Counted from the stretch's first letter, positions 1-9,047 are shown. The stretch: 20,000 nt of DNA from an uncultured virus (IMG/VR IMGVR_UViG_3300024272_000072) (IMGVR_UViG_3300024272_000072); one strand, 5' to 3'. The notes: a model not told the origin generated them from the sequence alone. Program-made: numbers and translations.

Positions 1-2
1 TA

Positions 3-212
3 AGTTCATATACAGCTTGATGATGAAATTGATGATGTTGAGCAAATTGATGAAAAGTGTTCATTTGATATTTCAGAGATATTACACAATGATGTGTTGA
101 TGTGAGCTGATGAAGTTGATGAGCTTGATGAAGTGCAAGTTGAAGTTGAAACAGCTGATGTCCGTGAGCAAATTGAAGTGATTGATGTTATATGATTTGC
201 AAAATTATGTAA
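3..212 (+). CDS. 3' end of Gly-rich protein, probably virion/tail-associated (partial)
   Basis: With TGA=Gly, frame +3 reads SSYTAGGGNGGCGANGGKVFIGY...GGSGGAGGSASGSGNSGCPGANGSDGCYMICKIM*, ending at TAA 210-212. Runs such as TGA TGA TGA only make sense as Gly. Confidence 0.75.
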
Positions 213-235
213 TTTATTTCAATAAATAAGAAACA

Positions 236-1900
236 ATGGCGAATGCGTGATGTATAAATGCAATCTGATATGATTGATGTTATATCAGAACATTGCAGAA
301 TCTTGATAGTTCTGATATTTGAACTGGTGTTGAATATACAGCACCAAACCCACTATGAGACAGAAATTTCGACTATATCAAATACACAGATAAATGTTGA
401 AATACTTGTTGCTTGACGTGAGAAAATGAAATCAACATAATCACAACAAATTGAGTTCTGAAAGATTTGAATCTGACAAGCAATCAAGACAAAATCATAA
501 TCACACGAACTGATTTATTTTGAAGCAACCGAGCAAAAACAGTCGTGAGATATTCAACATCGTGATACCCTTCAAGCAAAACAGATTGAACGCTTGTTGT
601 TGAAGAAACAACGAAAAATCAATATTCTTCAACTTGATACAATCTAACTGTTTCTGATAGTTGAACATATTATTTTTCAGCGTTCGCACTTGATTCAGAT
701 TGAAATGTAATTTGAGCAGCACAAAGCAACATTGCTGTATCTTTGTCAAAAGTATTGACTTTCACATTGAATCAAACACAATCAGTACCTTGAAGTATGA
801 TTACAGCGATTTCTGATGACGCAATCAATATGACACAGCAAGAAGTGATTGATTTCATTTGAGCATACCCAGTCTTACTTGACAATTCTTGAAACGAATA
901 CAAAAAGCTAAACCCTTTGAATTTCCAACAATTTGAAGATTGAACAGACGCAAGTTCATATACAGCTTCAACATCATACGATGTGATGATAAAATTTCCA
1001 AGAAGATGATACAAAATCAGCACAACGAACAATATCACAACATTCACATTGACTGATAAACAGAATGACCCAGAATATTGCTACGCACCATTTCAAAGAC
1101 TTTCAAGCTGAACATTATGAAACAGCAATGCAGTATATACAAATGCGTCAGCTTTCTATCTTTGAGCATATAAATGATACGCAAATTCAAATATTTTGAG
1201 AAGTCGATACAACAAAACGCCAACAGCTTCACAAACAATTTGAACATTCTCTTGATACGCAAGAAATCATTGAAATCTGCGATGAATCACAGAATTTATG
1301 CAAGAATTCTATCTTGAATTGTGTTTTATGGCGATATACAAAACAACAGACGCACAAAGTTCAATTTGACAATGATATGTATGATGAAGTTCAGCACCAA
1401 CATCGTGAACAATGACATACAATAAATGAATGACATATTGAACAAGTTCAACGACACAATGTATGAAATTCTTATGAATAGAAAATCGATATTGATGAAT
1501 TTGGGAGTGGGTGAACTGACGATGACAGACTTCTGCGTGAGTTCATATTTCAATACCTACAACAACGTGAGACAACAGAACTTCGACATATAGTTATACG
1601 CCTACTTGATACACAACAGTTTGAAGCATATCGCCAACATCTTGAAGTTATATCACGAAAGTATTATGACACACGTATTGATGATTCACGCCAACAACAA
1701 CTTGATGAAGTGAAACGACATACTTCACAGATTACTCTCGGCGGGCTTCGGGTTCTCGTGTGGCGGTATTCGGTGGTGCGTGGGGTGACGGTGCGAGATG
1801 TGGTGCTTTCTGTTGGTATTTGATTGGTGCTTCGTCGAATTCTTACTCTACTTTCGGTGCTCGCTTGATGTTCTTGCCGAATTGAGATTTATCTGTATAA
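236..1900 (+). CDS. DGR target protein, 554 aa: FN3-like domain plus C-terminal C-type-lectin-fold (Mtd-like) domain carrying the VR; likely receptor-binding/tail protein
   Basis: Open from ATG 236 to TAA 1898-1900 with TGA=Gly. FN3-like segment ITWTD..NWAKTVVRYSTSGYPSSKTDG..GTYYFSAFA. CLec-type motifs KFLGIENWYGGIWEWVNG, GFTPTTTGGSETTYFTDY, GGAWGDGARCGAFCW and FGARLMF. The 3' end matches the TR. Confidence 0.9.
1730..1873 (+). repeat. DGR variable repeat (VR), 144 bp
   Basis: Ungapped alignment to 2127-2270 gives 32 mismatches, 31 of them opposite a TR adenine. The one non-A mismatch is near the 3' end (IMH/IMH*-like position). Confidence 0.97.
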
Positions 1901-1911
1901 TCAAAAACAAA

Positions 1912-2061
1912 ATGGAAATCAAAATCACAATTGAAACAATACCAAAAGAAAAAATATATGAAATGACAGAAGATTGAATGAAAGAATCTGAAAACGAAAA
2001 AGTCGAAATGACAATCAAAGAATGAGATGATTGAGAAATCATCATCGAAAAAGATGAATAA
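1912..2061 (+). CDS. Small acidic hypothetical protein (49 aa) between VR and TR
   Basis: MEIKITIETIPKEKIYEMTEDGMKESENEKVEMTIKEGDDGEIIIEKDE*, with the A-rich leader typical of other genes here. Confidence 0.65.
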
Positions 2062-2126
2062 AAATATGGGTATTAGATACTGATATTAGAAATTCCACGT
2101 TTGTGCCAAAATCTAAAAGTGAAAAA

Positions 2127-2270
2127 AATTACACTCAGCAGAATTCAAGTTCTCGTGTAGCGAAATTCAGTGGTAAATGGAATAACAGTGCGAAATGTGG
2201 TGCTTTCTATTGGAATTTGAATAATACTTCGTCGAATTCTAACTCTAATATCGGTGCTCACTCAATGTTC
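2127..2270 (+). repeat. DGR template repeat (TR), 144 bp
   Basis: Adenine-rich copy of the VR (AAT/AAC/AAA/AGT codons at variable positions), lying directly upstream of the RT gene. Confidence 0.97.
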
Positions 2271-2430
2271 AAAAAATTCTTGATATGGAATATGATGTTT
2301 CACCGACATCATATTTCGAAATTAAAGCTCATATCTGATACCCTGGCTCTTGCCAAAACATAGAAACGTTTTATTTGGAGTCGTGCAAGTAAGAAATGAA
2401 AACTCGACCGTAAAGAACATCAACAAAAAA
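2271..2430 (+). ncRNA. DGR RNA 3' spacer (structured region between TR and RT)
   Basis: Perfect 10-bp stem AATATGATGT (2289-2298) / ACATCATATT (2306-2315). CCCTGGCTCTTGCCAAAAC at 2341-2359 resembles motifs I recall downstream of other DGR TRs. Confidence 0.5.
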
Positions 2431-3534
2431 ATGAAAACTTATGACAATTTATGGAATAAAATTATTGATAAAAACAACATATTGAATGCACACTACAACG
2501 CAAAAAAAGACAAATCGCATTATCAAGAAGTCAAGATGGTCGAATCAAATCTTGACTTTTTTATAAATGAAATACACGAAATGCTGAAAAACAAAACATA
2601 TATCATTGAAGACATTGACTATTCAACGTCTGTGATAAATGACAGCTGAAAAGAAAGAGAATTGCGAAAATTGAACTACTACCCACACAGAATCATACAA
2701 CGAGCAATTATGCTACAATTAGAGCCAATTTTTATGGAAGTATTATGCAATCACGTGTGTGCAAGTCTGAAAAAAAGATGAATTCATCACGCATTCAAAT
2801 TGACGCAAAAATACTTGCAAGATGAATGACACACAACATATTGTCTGAAAATCGATGTGAGAAAATTCTACCCAAGCATAGACCACGAAATATTGAAGCA
2901 ATTATTGAGAAGAAAAATCAAAGACAAAGATGTGCTTGAAATTCTTGATATGATTATTGACAGCTACCCTTGAACAAAATGAGTGCCAATTTGAAGCTAT
3001 CTTTCACAGTATCTTGCGAATTATTATCTTGCATATTTCGACCACCGAATGAAAGAAGAAGCGAAATGCAAATACACAGTCAGATATATGGACGACATCA
3101 TCGTTCTGAATGAAAGCAAAACACGACTTCACGAAACATTAGACAAAATCAGAGAAGAACTTTCAGATTTGAAACTTGAAATCAAATGAAACTATCAGAT
3201 TTTTCCAGTCGATAAAAGATGAATTGATTTTGTTTGATATAGATTTTTTAGAAATTTCACATTGTTGAGAAACTGAACAAAAAAGAAAATGAAGAAAAGA
3301 TTGAAAGAAATCAAAGATGAAAAAGCTGACAAACACAAGCTTTTGAATTACAATGAACGGTGCAGTATAAACAGCTACGTTTGACGAATGTTGAGTTGTA
3401 ATCATTACAGATTATTTATGAAATACATTTTGCCATTGATTCCAAGTCTTGACAGATATTATTTTTTTGTTTTATCACATCGCAACGAGAAAAAATTGAA
3501 AAAATATCACGAAAAATTGATGAGTAAGATATAA
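2431..3534 (+). CDS. DGR reverse transcriptase, 367 aa
   Basis: With TGA=Gly and CGA=Trp: GKEREL..YYPHRIIQWAI, YCLKIDVRKFYPSIDH, GVPIGSYLSQYLAN, FDHWMKE, RYMDDI, GIDFVGY, SYVGW. ATG 2431, TAA 3532-3534. Confidence 0.96.
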
Positions 3535-3561
3535 GAAAGAACTTGATAAACTTTGAAAAAT

Positions 3562-3590
3562 TTCACGCATTCATCATCTGTGATTATAAT
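3562..3590 (+). promoter_or_regulatory. Possible sigma70-type promoter for the glycosyltransferase gene
   Basis: TTCACG-N17-TATAAT in the RT/GT intergenic gap; the -35 match is weak. Confidence 0.35.
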
Positions 3591-3620
3591 ACAATCGCAT
3601 TTATATGATAAAATCAAAAA

Positions 3621-4505
3621 ATGTCAGACAAACAAGAGAAAAAAGCTGACTTGAAAAAGCCAGAAACTTCACAGAAATCGCTTGTGATAAAAATCGATTG
3701 ATGATTGTGAAGAAACATCGCAATGACTTGAATCATTTCAGAAGTTGCGAAAAAAAGAAAAGTGAAAGTGATTGCTTCACGACCACTTGCTTTCTGGTGA
3801 AACCCATTCATCGAAAGTGTGCATTGATTATGAGACAGAAGACTGTTTCAAGATGTGATTCGTTGAAATGATTATGTTGAAATTGAGCCTTATACAAACC
3901 CAAAATTCTTCAATGATTGAGAAAATCGATTGAAGATTGTATGAGAACAATTCTGATTCAACGAAATCATATACCCACAACTATTTCTTGCAGAACGAGA
4001 AAAGAAAGCGTATAGACTTGATTGAAATGCTGTGTTGTTTCAGCCTTTCGGAAGCACAATGGACTTGAACGGAAGCGACAAATCATATCGTTCAATACCA
4101 GTTGAAAAAGCACAATATATCGCTGAACAGCTGATGAAAAAATGATATACAGTCTATACTTGCGAAAGCGAAAAACAGCCAGAATTGAGATGAGTGAACA
4201 CATTGAGAAAAATCACTGATTTGAGATACATCGTTTGATTGTGTTCGAAATACAAAGTGATTTGATGTGATTCTTGTCTTCATCACGCAAGTGTTTGATT
4301 CTGAATGAAGCCGACAGTTCTTCGAGCTTGAACAGATTCTGCAAGATTCTGATACGATGAAAAAGAAAACAATTACAGAGAATTTGAGATGAAAGCATAT
4401 ACGCCGATGAGATTGCCGATGAATGATTTCGATTTCGACAATTCGAATCAATGAACAAATGATTTCACGATTGAATTCATTGACAAAGTTCTTGAAAAAT
4501 TTTAG
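3621..4505 (+). CDS. Glycosyltransferase family 9-like (heptosyltransferase-fold) protein, 294 aa
   Basis: N-terminal IKIDGGLGRNIAMTG, central VLFQPFGS, C-terminal VIGCDSCLHHASVGFGMKPTVLWAGTDSARFGY, matching the GT9 pattern GLGD...DSG..H.A.....vlfG.T. Stop TAG 4503-4505. Confidence 0.75.
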
Positions 4506-4522
4506 TTCGTAATTCATAAAAA

Positions 4523-4660
4523 ATGCGATTGAAATTGATTCTTATGCTTGCTTGCTGAATTCTATTCATATTCAGTATGATAAAATTCGACATTGCATTG
4601 TTCAAATTCTTGCTTGTTTTGAGCTTGCTTGCAATTATTTTTATTTGTGTTTTTATGTAA
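4523..4660 (+). CDS. Small two-TM membrane protein (45 aa)
   Basis: MWLKLILMLACGILFIFSMIKFDIALFKFLLVLSLLAIIFICVFM*, tightly packed before the holin. Confidence 0.55.
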
Positions 4661-4664
4661 ACAA

Positions 4665-5138
4665 ATGAACGAAGCTGAATGATTCGCTATATGAATATTC
4701 TGATGACTTTCTGTCGCTGGAATACTTGAATATTTTTCAATCAGTGGCGAATGACTGCTGATTATGACAGCAATGCTTGTTCTTGATTTGATTTTCTGAT
4801 TATGTTCTGCAAAAGCCAGATGAGAAACAATTCAGAGCAAAAAACTTCAAGAATGACTTATCAAAAAGATGACACGCCGATTGTTGCCGTTCATCGTTGC
4901 ACTTTGATTGAAGCGAACTTGAATGCCGTGAATTGAAGCACTAATCACAGCAATCGTTTGAATGATTGTGTTTTCAGAACTTTATTCAATAATCTGACAC
5001 ATATATTCAATCAATTACAAAGAAGAATTGCCAGAAGTTGACGCATTCAAGATGTTGTTGAATAGTGTTGTGAAGATTCTGAAAAATCTGATAAACAAAA
5101 AGAACGATGAAATCGAGCCAAAAGATGAAGAAAAATAG
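4665..5138 (+). CDS. Phage holin (Phage_holin_4-like), 157 aa
   Basis: Hydrophobic segments with LVLDLIFGLCSAKARGETIQSKKLQEGLIKK and FSELYSIIGH motifs, plus a charged C-terminal tail. Confidence 0.8.
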
Positions 5139-5168
5139 AAATACTTTACATCATAATGTAAAGAACAA

Positions 5169-5261
5169 ATGAAGAAAACAAAAACGTATATATTGAAGCG
5201 AATCACAGCAATTGTGCTTTCTTTGATTATACGATTTTTATTTTTTTGAGAAGTATGATAG
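5169..5261 (+). CDS. Tiny single-TM peptide (30 aa)
   Basis: MKKTKTYILKWITAIVLSLIIWFLFFGEVG*; reading CGA as Trp gives a clean TM helix. Confidence 0.45.
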
Positions 5262-5342
5262 ATTATATCATTTATAAGTTCACAAGTTGGTGGAATAAGA
5301 GAAAAATCAAGAGAATCATTTTAGCATATAAGAAAAGCTTGA

Positions 5343-5621
5343 ATGTGAAAACTTGAAAACAATTACAGCATTCATCACATACTGCCAAAAAGTCAGCACG
5401 GAAGTAGTGAATCAATCAATCTTGAACTGTTGAGAAACACGACACATCGTGCAATTCATACGCTGTTTCAGAATCAGATGATTGCTGAACAACTTATCAC
5501 AACAGTCTGATTGTCAGAAAAAGCATTGCGTGAAGATGTGCGTGAACGATTGCTTGAAACACTGACATCAAGAAACATTCTTGACCCATACGAACGATAT
5601 AAAAAAGACGCTATTTTATAA
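5343..5621 (+). CDS. HNH-type endonuclease-like protein (92 aa)
   Basis: SIHHILPKSQHGSSESINLELLRNTTHRAIHTLF fits the HH..P...G....NL......H...H signature. Confidence 0.7.
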
Positions 5622-5635
5622 TCAAATATCAAACA

Positions 5636-5899
5636 ATGAACAATTGAATTCTTGACGCACAAGTTTCAAAGCTGATTGAAGAAAATGAAGAATTGAAAGA
5701 AAGAATCAATCAACTTGAAAAGACTGTGCAACAAAATCAGAAAAATGATGTTCACGACATCAAAGAGATGTTGAATTCAATCAAAGAATTCAATGAAAAG
5801 CTTCTCGATTTTTCGAACACAATCAAACTGCTACAAGCACGAAAAGATTGAATCGACAAAATCATTGAGAAAATCAAGAAAATTTTACCTATTGTCTAA
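5636..5899 (+). CDS. Coiled-coil hypothetical protein (87 aa)
   Basis: Open frame with heptad pattern KLIEENEELKERINQLEKTVQQ. Confidence 0.7.
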
Positions 5900-5905
5900 T
5901 AGAAA

Positions 5906-6043
5906 ATGGAAGAATACGAATACAAAGACAAAAGAATATGCAAATATTGATTGCAGATTGAATCTTGCAGAAAATGTCTGTTTGAAACATTGTGCAGACT
6001 TGAAGAAGACCAGCAACGCCGTGAGCCTATCGAATGAAGCTAA
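5906..6043 (+). CDS. Small Cys-containing hypothetical protein (45 aa)
   Basis: MEEYEYKDKRICKYGLQIESCRKCLFETLCRLEE...; fills the gap between neighbouring genes. Confidence 0.5.
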
Positions 6044-6087
6044 AAGAACGGCGTTCATATAGAAATTTTATTTTCTAATATATAGGA

Positions 6088-6954
6088 ATGAACGAAGAAG
6101 AAATGCTTTGATGTCTTTGATTGTGAGAATCTGATACAGATTACATCTTATGCGACGGCGATATTGATATATTGCCGAAACTTTACAATCAAGATGAAAT
6201 CAGATTTGAATACAATCAAGCGAATCAGCCACGAAGTCGTGTATCTTGCACGATATTTTCAGCAATGTGAATGCTTTCAGATTTGATGAATTATGAATTC
6301 AGTCTTGATGAATTGAAAGAAGTTGATGAATTATCATATCAGAATTGAAGAATCAGATGACAATGACGATATGTGAAATCAGCTGTTGACCTTGTTCGCA
6401 AATGGTGGAATGAAAAACACGCTGATTTGTGAACTGTTGCATATTATAGAATCAACAAATATTCTGACAAGATTGATGAGATTCTTGAAAAATGATATAC
6501 AATCAATTGAAACTTCTGCCCAACATCTGAATATTGAGCAGATTATAGAAAAGACGCTGTTCTTGATTGATGTGATTTTTGAGTGAATACGAACTGACAC
6601 GCAATCGATATAATCTGGAATGAATGACACAGAAGCACGAAAGATTCATACAAATGAAGAAAGACATACGATTGAACAAAAGATTGCAACAGATATGAAT
6701 TGAAGCACAAAATCGCAGAACTGACGAACTATTGACACCGATATTATGTATTCACGAAAGTTGCAGAAGACAATCTTGAAGAAATCAAGAGATTGAATGA
6801 ATTGAAATCGCTTGTTCTGATTGCTATTGAAACGAACAGCAAAATGCGACATCTTGTGAATGATGAATGATTCAGAAACAAGCTTCATTCAATGAATGAC
6901 GCAAATCGTTCAAAGCTTGAAGATATCAATATTCAGTTGAAAAGACTTTCATAA
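6088..6954 (+). CDS. Papain-like cysteine peptidase (C1/C39-like), 288 aa; candidate endolysin
   Basis: YNQ..(7)..SCTIFSA (oxyanion Gln and catalytic Cys), NGHAI (His) and KDSY (NSW-equivalent). Last gene of the holin-containing operon. Confidence 0.65.
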
Positions 6955-6982
6955 TCAATATACAAAAAGCACTTCGTATGAA

Positions 6983-7013
6983 AAAAGCACCACAACGGTG
7001 CTTTTCTTTTTTT
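6983..7013. terminator. Intrinsic, probably bidirectional, terminator
   Basis: AAAAGCACC-ACAAC-GGTGCTTTT with A and T tracts on the flanks, between convergent genes. Confidence 0.85.
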
Positions 7014-7497
7014 ATCTCAAATCTTTACAAGCCCAGATTTCTCTTTTATATGCAGAACATCGATATATATTCACATCATTGACATAAATATAAACTCTTG
7101 CTTGGTCTGATAAATCTTCATCAGCCAATTCGTTCGATAAATTTACAGATTGCCCCCTTGCAATAAAATCAACTGTGTCTTTGATTCATTCAATGTTTGG
7201 AGTTTCTGAATAATAAATATTCAAATCTGCTTCTTTACATTCATCTTTACAGACTACTTTCACAAATTCAGATTGTTCAGCTGAAAATAATTCCGTGATT
7301 CTATCAATTCTTGCTTGAACAACATTTCTCATTTTTTGAGTTTTTGTTGAAACATAAGTTGAAGATGTTGAATTTGACGTTGTTGAAGTGTTTCAATCTT
7401 TCGCAAGACTGTTCAATATTCAACAAACAAAGATGAAAACAATCACTCGAAATCGCCATTTCTTATGCAATGGCTTTTTTGCCTTTTCTTCTGCCAT
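7012..7497 (-). CDS. Membrane-anchored surface protein (161 aa); possible superinfection-exclusion protein
   Basis: MAEEKAKKPLHKKWWFWVIVFIFVCGILNSLAKDGNTSTTSNSTSST...: the familiar KKPxxKKWWFW anchor plus an S/T linker. Only reverse-strand gene found, next to the recombinase. Confidence 0.8.
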
Positions 7498-7526
7498 TTT
7501 GAACGACTTATGATATAAATGAAATC

Positions 7527-7554
7527 AATATACAGAATCACTTTCGAATGTCAA
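7527..7554 (-). promoter_or_regulatory. Sigma70-like promoter for the reverse-strand gene
   Basis: Minus strand TTGACA-N16-TATATT, about 30 nt upstream of ATG 7497. Confidence 0.6.
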
Positions 7555-7558
7555 TAGA

Positions 7559-7592
7559 TTGACATTTGACAAAAAAAATATATAAATATACT
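7559..7592 (+). promoter_or_regulatory. Probable promoter for the recombinase gene
   Basis: Tandem TTGACA at 7559 and 7566, followed by TATAAA (7581) and TATACT (7587); divergent from the reverse-strand promoter. Confidence 0.5.
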
Positions 7593-7649
7593 CGTTGACA
7601 TAAGCTTATGAAACACACAAATCTTTTTATATGCTTATGTTTTTTATCA

Positions 7650-8591
7650 ATGAATGAATTTATAGAAATATTACAACAACGACGTGATTATGAAGAAAAC
7701 GTCAGAAATCACAATTCATATATCAATCGCTTCTATATTATAAGAAACTTCTGAAAATATCTTGTTTCTATCAAGCCACAATTCAAGCTTGAAGAAATCG
7801 AACTATATGAAATCATTCAATATCTTGTATATTACAGAACGCACAAAAATTGCAGATGAACAATACCGAGCAGATGTGCTGAATACAATGTGATTTGTGC
7901 AATCAGAAATTTTTTCAGATTCTGCAATATTCTTTGAATGCGTTTGAAATTTAATCGAGAACAGATTCCGATGTTCAAACAAGAGCCAGTGAAACGTGAG
8001 CCAATGAGCGAAGAAGATTATCAACTAATGCACACAGCAATCAGATTGTTTTCAAAATCAGAAGAAATCAGATTGCGTGATGAACTGATGATTGAAATAC
8101 CACGAGAAACTTGATTGAGAAAATCTGAAATTGTCAGATGTAAGTTCAAAGATTTTCACAATGAAAACAGACAATTCAAAGTTCTTGTGAAGTGAAATAG
8201 ATATGAATCAGTATTTTTTTCTGAAAAATTACAGAAAAAAGTTTTTGAATATGAAAACATATTGAATCAGAAATACAAACATCTTGATATTGAAAAGCTT
8301 TTCATTTGTTTATGACAGAAAGAAAAGTGAAAAGAAATCAGTTCTGATTTATTATGAAGACATTTTCTCTTGATTGTGAGAAGAATGAAGAAAGAATGAA
8401 TGATTCCGAAGAACAAAACGCTTTGTCTTCATCAAGAAAGACATTCATTCGCAATGCGTTGTGTTTATTCTTGATTATCACAACAAGCAACAACGAGATT
8501 GATGAGACATTCAGACCCAAAAATCACGCTTCATTATTATCATATGAACGATTCACGATTACTGGATCAATATGATTCGATTCGTGTATAA
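7650..8591 (+). CDS. int: Tyrosine recombinase / integrase (XerC/D-like), 313 aa
   Basis: Catalytic residues in order: ETGLRKSE (R), LVKG (K), HQERHSFA (HxxR), LMRHSDPKITLHYY (H, Y). Confidence 0.9.
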
Positions 8592-8743
8592 AATTCCAAC
8601 AGCGAAAATATCATTAAAAATAAAAAAGTCAAAACTTTGTCATTTTTTTTCGTTTCAAGGCTTCATACCTGCTATTTGAAAATTCAATTAAGAATTGATT
8701 TTTTTCGATTTAATTTTTTTTATAAAAAAAAGTCGTCAAAAAT

Positions 8744-8771
8744 TTGCATTTTTGGAAAATTTTTATATAAT
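8744..8771 (+). promoter_or_regulatory. Sigma70-like early promoter
   Basis: TTGCAT-N16-TATAAT upstream of the structured leader and the early operon. Confidence 0.6.
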
Positions 8772-8774
8772 AGA

Positions 8775-9045
8775 TTTCAGTTAAGTTTGAAAATCGAATG
8801 AAAATGTCTTTGATTGCAAAAAATTGATGACTTTTTTCAAGAGATTATTCGTATCGTCAAGGTTCTACAATTCCGAAGTAGCTTATGTCAACCGATACGA
8901 CAGCAACAAACTTGACTGTCGTTCAATATCACATCATATTTAATTCCGACAAACAAAGATGTTGAAATGAACGACACAACATCTTTGTTCGTCTGAATTG
9001 ATTTGTGTGTAAGATTCGAACGAACAAAGGTTCGAGTCTTTTTAT
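8775..9045 (+). ncRNA. Putative structured regulatory RNA / attenuator leader with antisense segments
   Basis: Stems 8849-8856/8893-8900, 8898-8903/8916-8921 and 8942-8964/8977-8999. Alternative pairings 8917-8925/8968-8976 and 8983-8992/9020-9029. Complementary to 16375-16416 and to 7594-7623. Confidence 0.6.
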
Positions 9046-9047
9046 TT
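9011..9047 (+). terminator. Intrinsic terminator/attenuator hairpin before the first early gene
   Basis: AAGATTCGAAC-GAACAAAG-GTTCGAGTCTT followed by TTTATTT. Confidence 0.65.

Larger units (their letters stand above)
236..3534 (+). mobile_element. Diversity-generating retroelement cassette (target/VR - small ORF - TR - RT)
   Basis: VR/TR pair with adenine-specific mismatches plus an adjacent DGR-type RT. Confidence 0.95.

Noticed and set aside
2103..2363. Track ORF spanning the TR as a second target gene
   Set aside because: TRs are commonly open in the VR frame; this ORF has a GTG start, lacks the rest of the CLec domain and is better explained as template RNA.
2431..3534. RT as a group II intron, retron or Abi RT
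   Set aside because: Short length, no maturase or endonuclease domain, GVPIGSYLSQ motif and an adjacent TR/VR pair indicate a DGR RT.
4340..4512. Possible frameshift at the 3' end of the glycosyltransferase
   Set aside because: Re-reading showed a continuous frame to TAG 4503-4505.
2306..8941. ACATCATATTT shared by the DGR spacer (2306-2316) and the regulatory leader (8931-8941)
   Set aside because: A single AT-rich 11-mer match is expected by chance in 20 kb, and there is no flanking similarity.
7500..8975. TGAACGAC shared by the P3 loop (8968-8975) and the leader of the reverse-strand gene (7500-7507), a possible third antisense target
   Set aside because: Only 8 nt, too short to support alone; worth rechecking if the RNA switch is confirmed.
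9005..9045. GGTTCGAGTC as a tRNA T-loop (possible tRNA gene or attP fragment)
   Set aside because: No acceptor, D or anticodon arms could be built; the motif is one arm of a terminator-like hairpin. tRNAscan-SE or ARAGORN would settle it.
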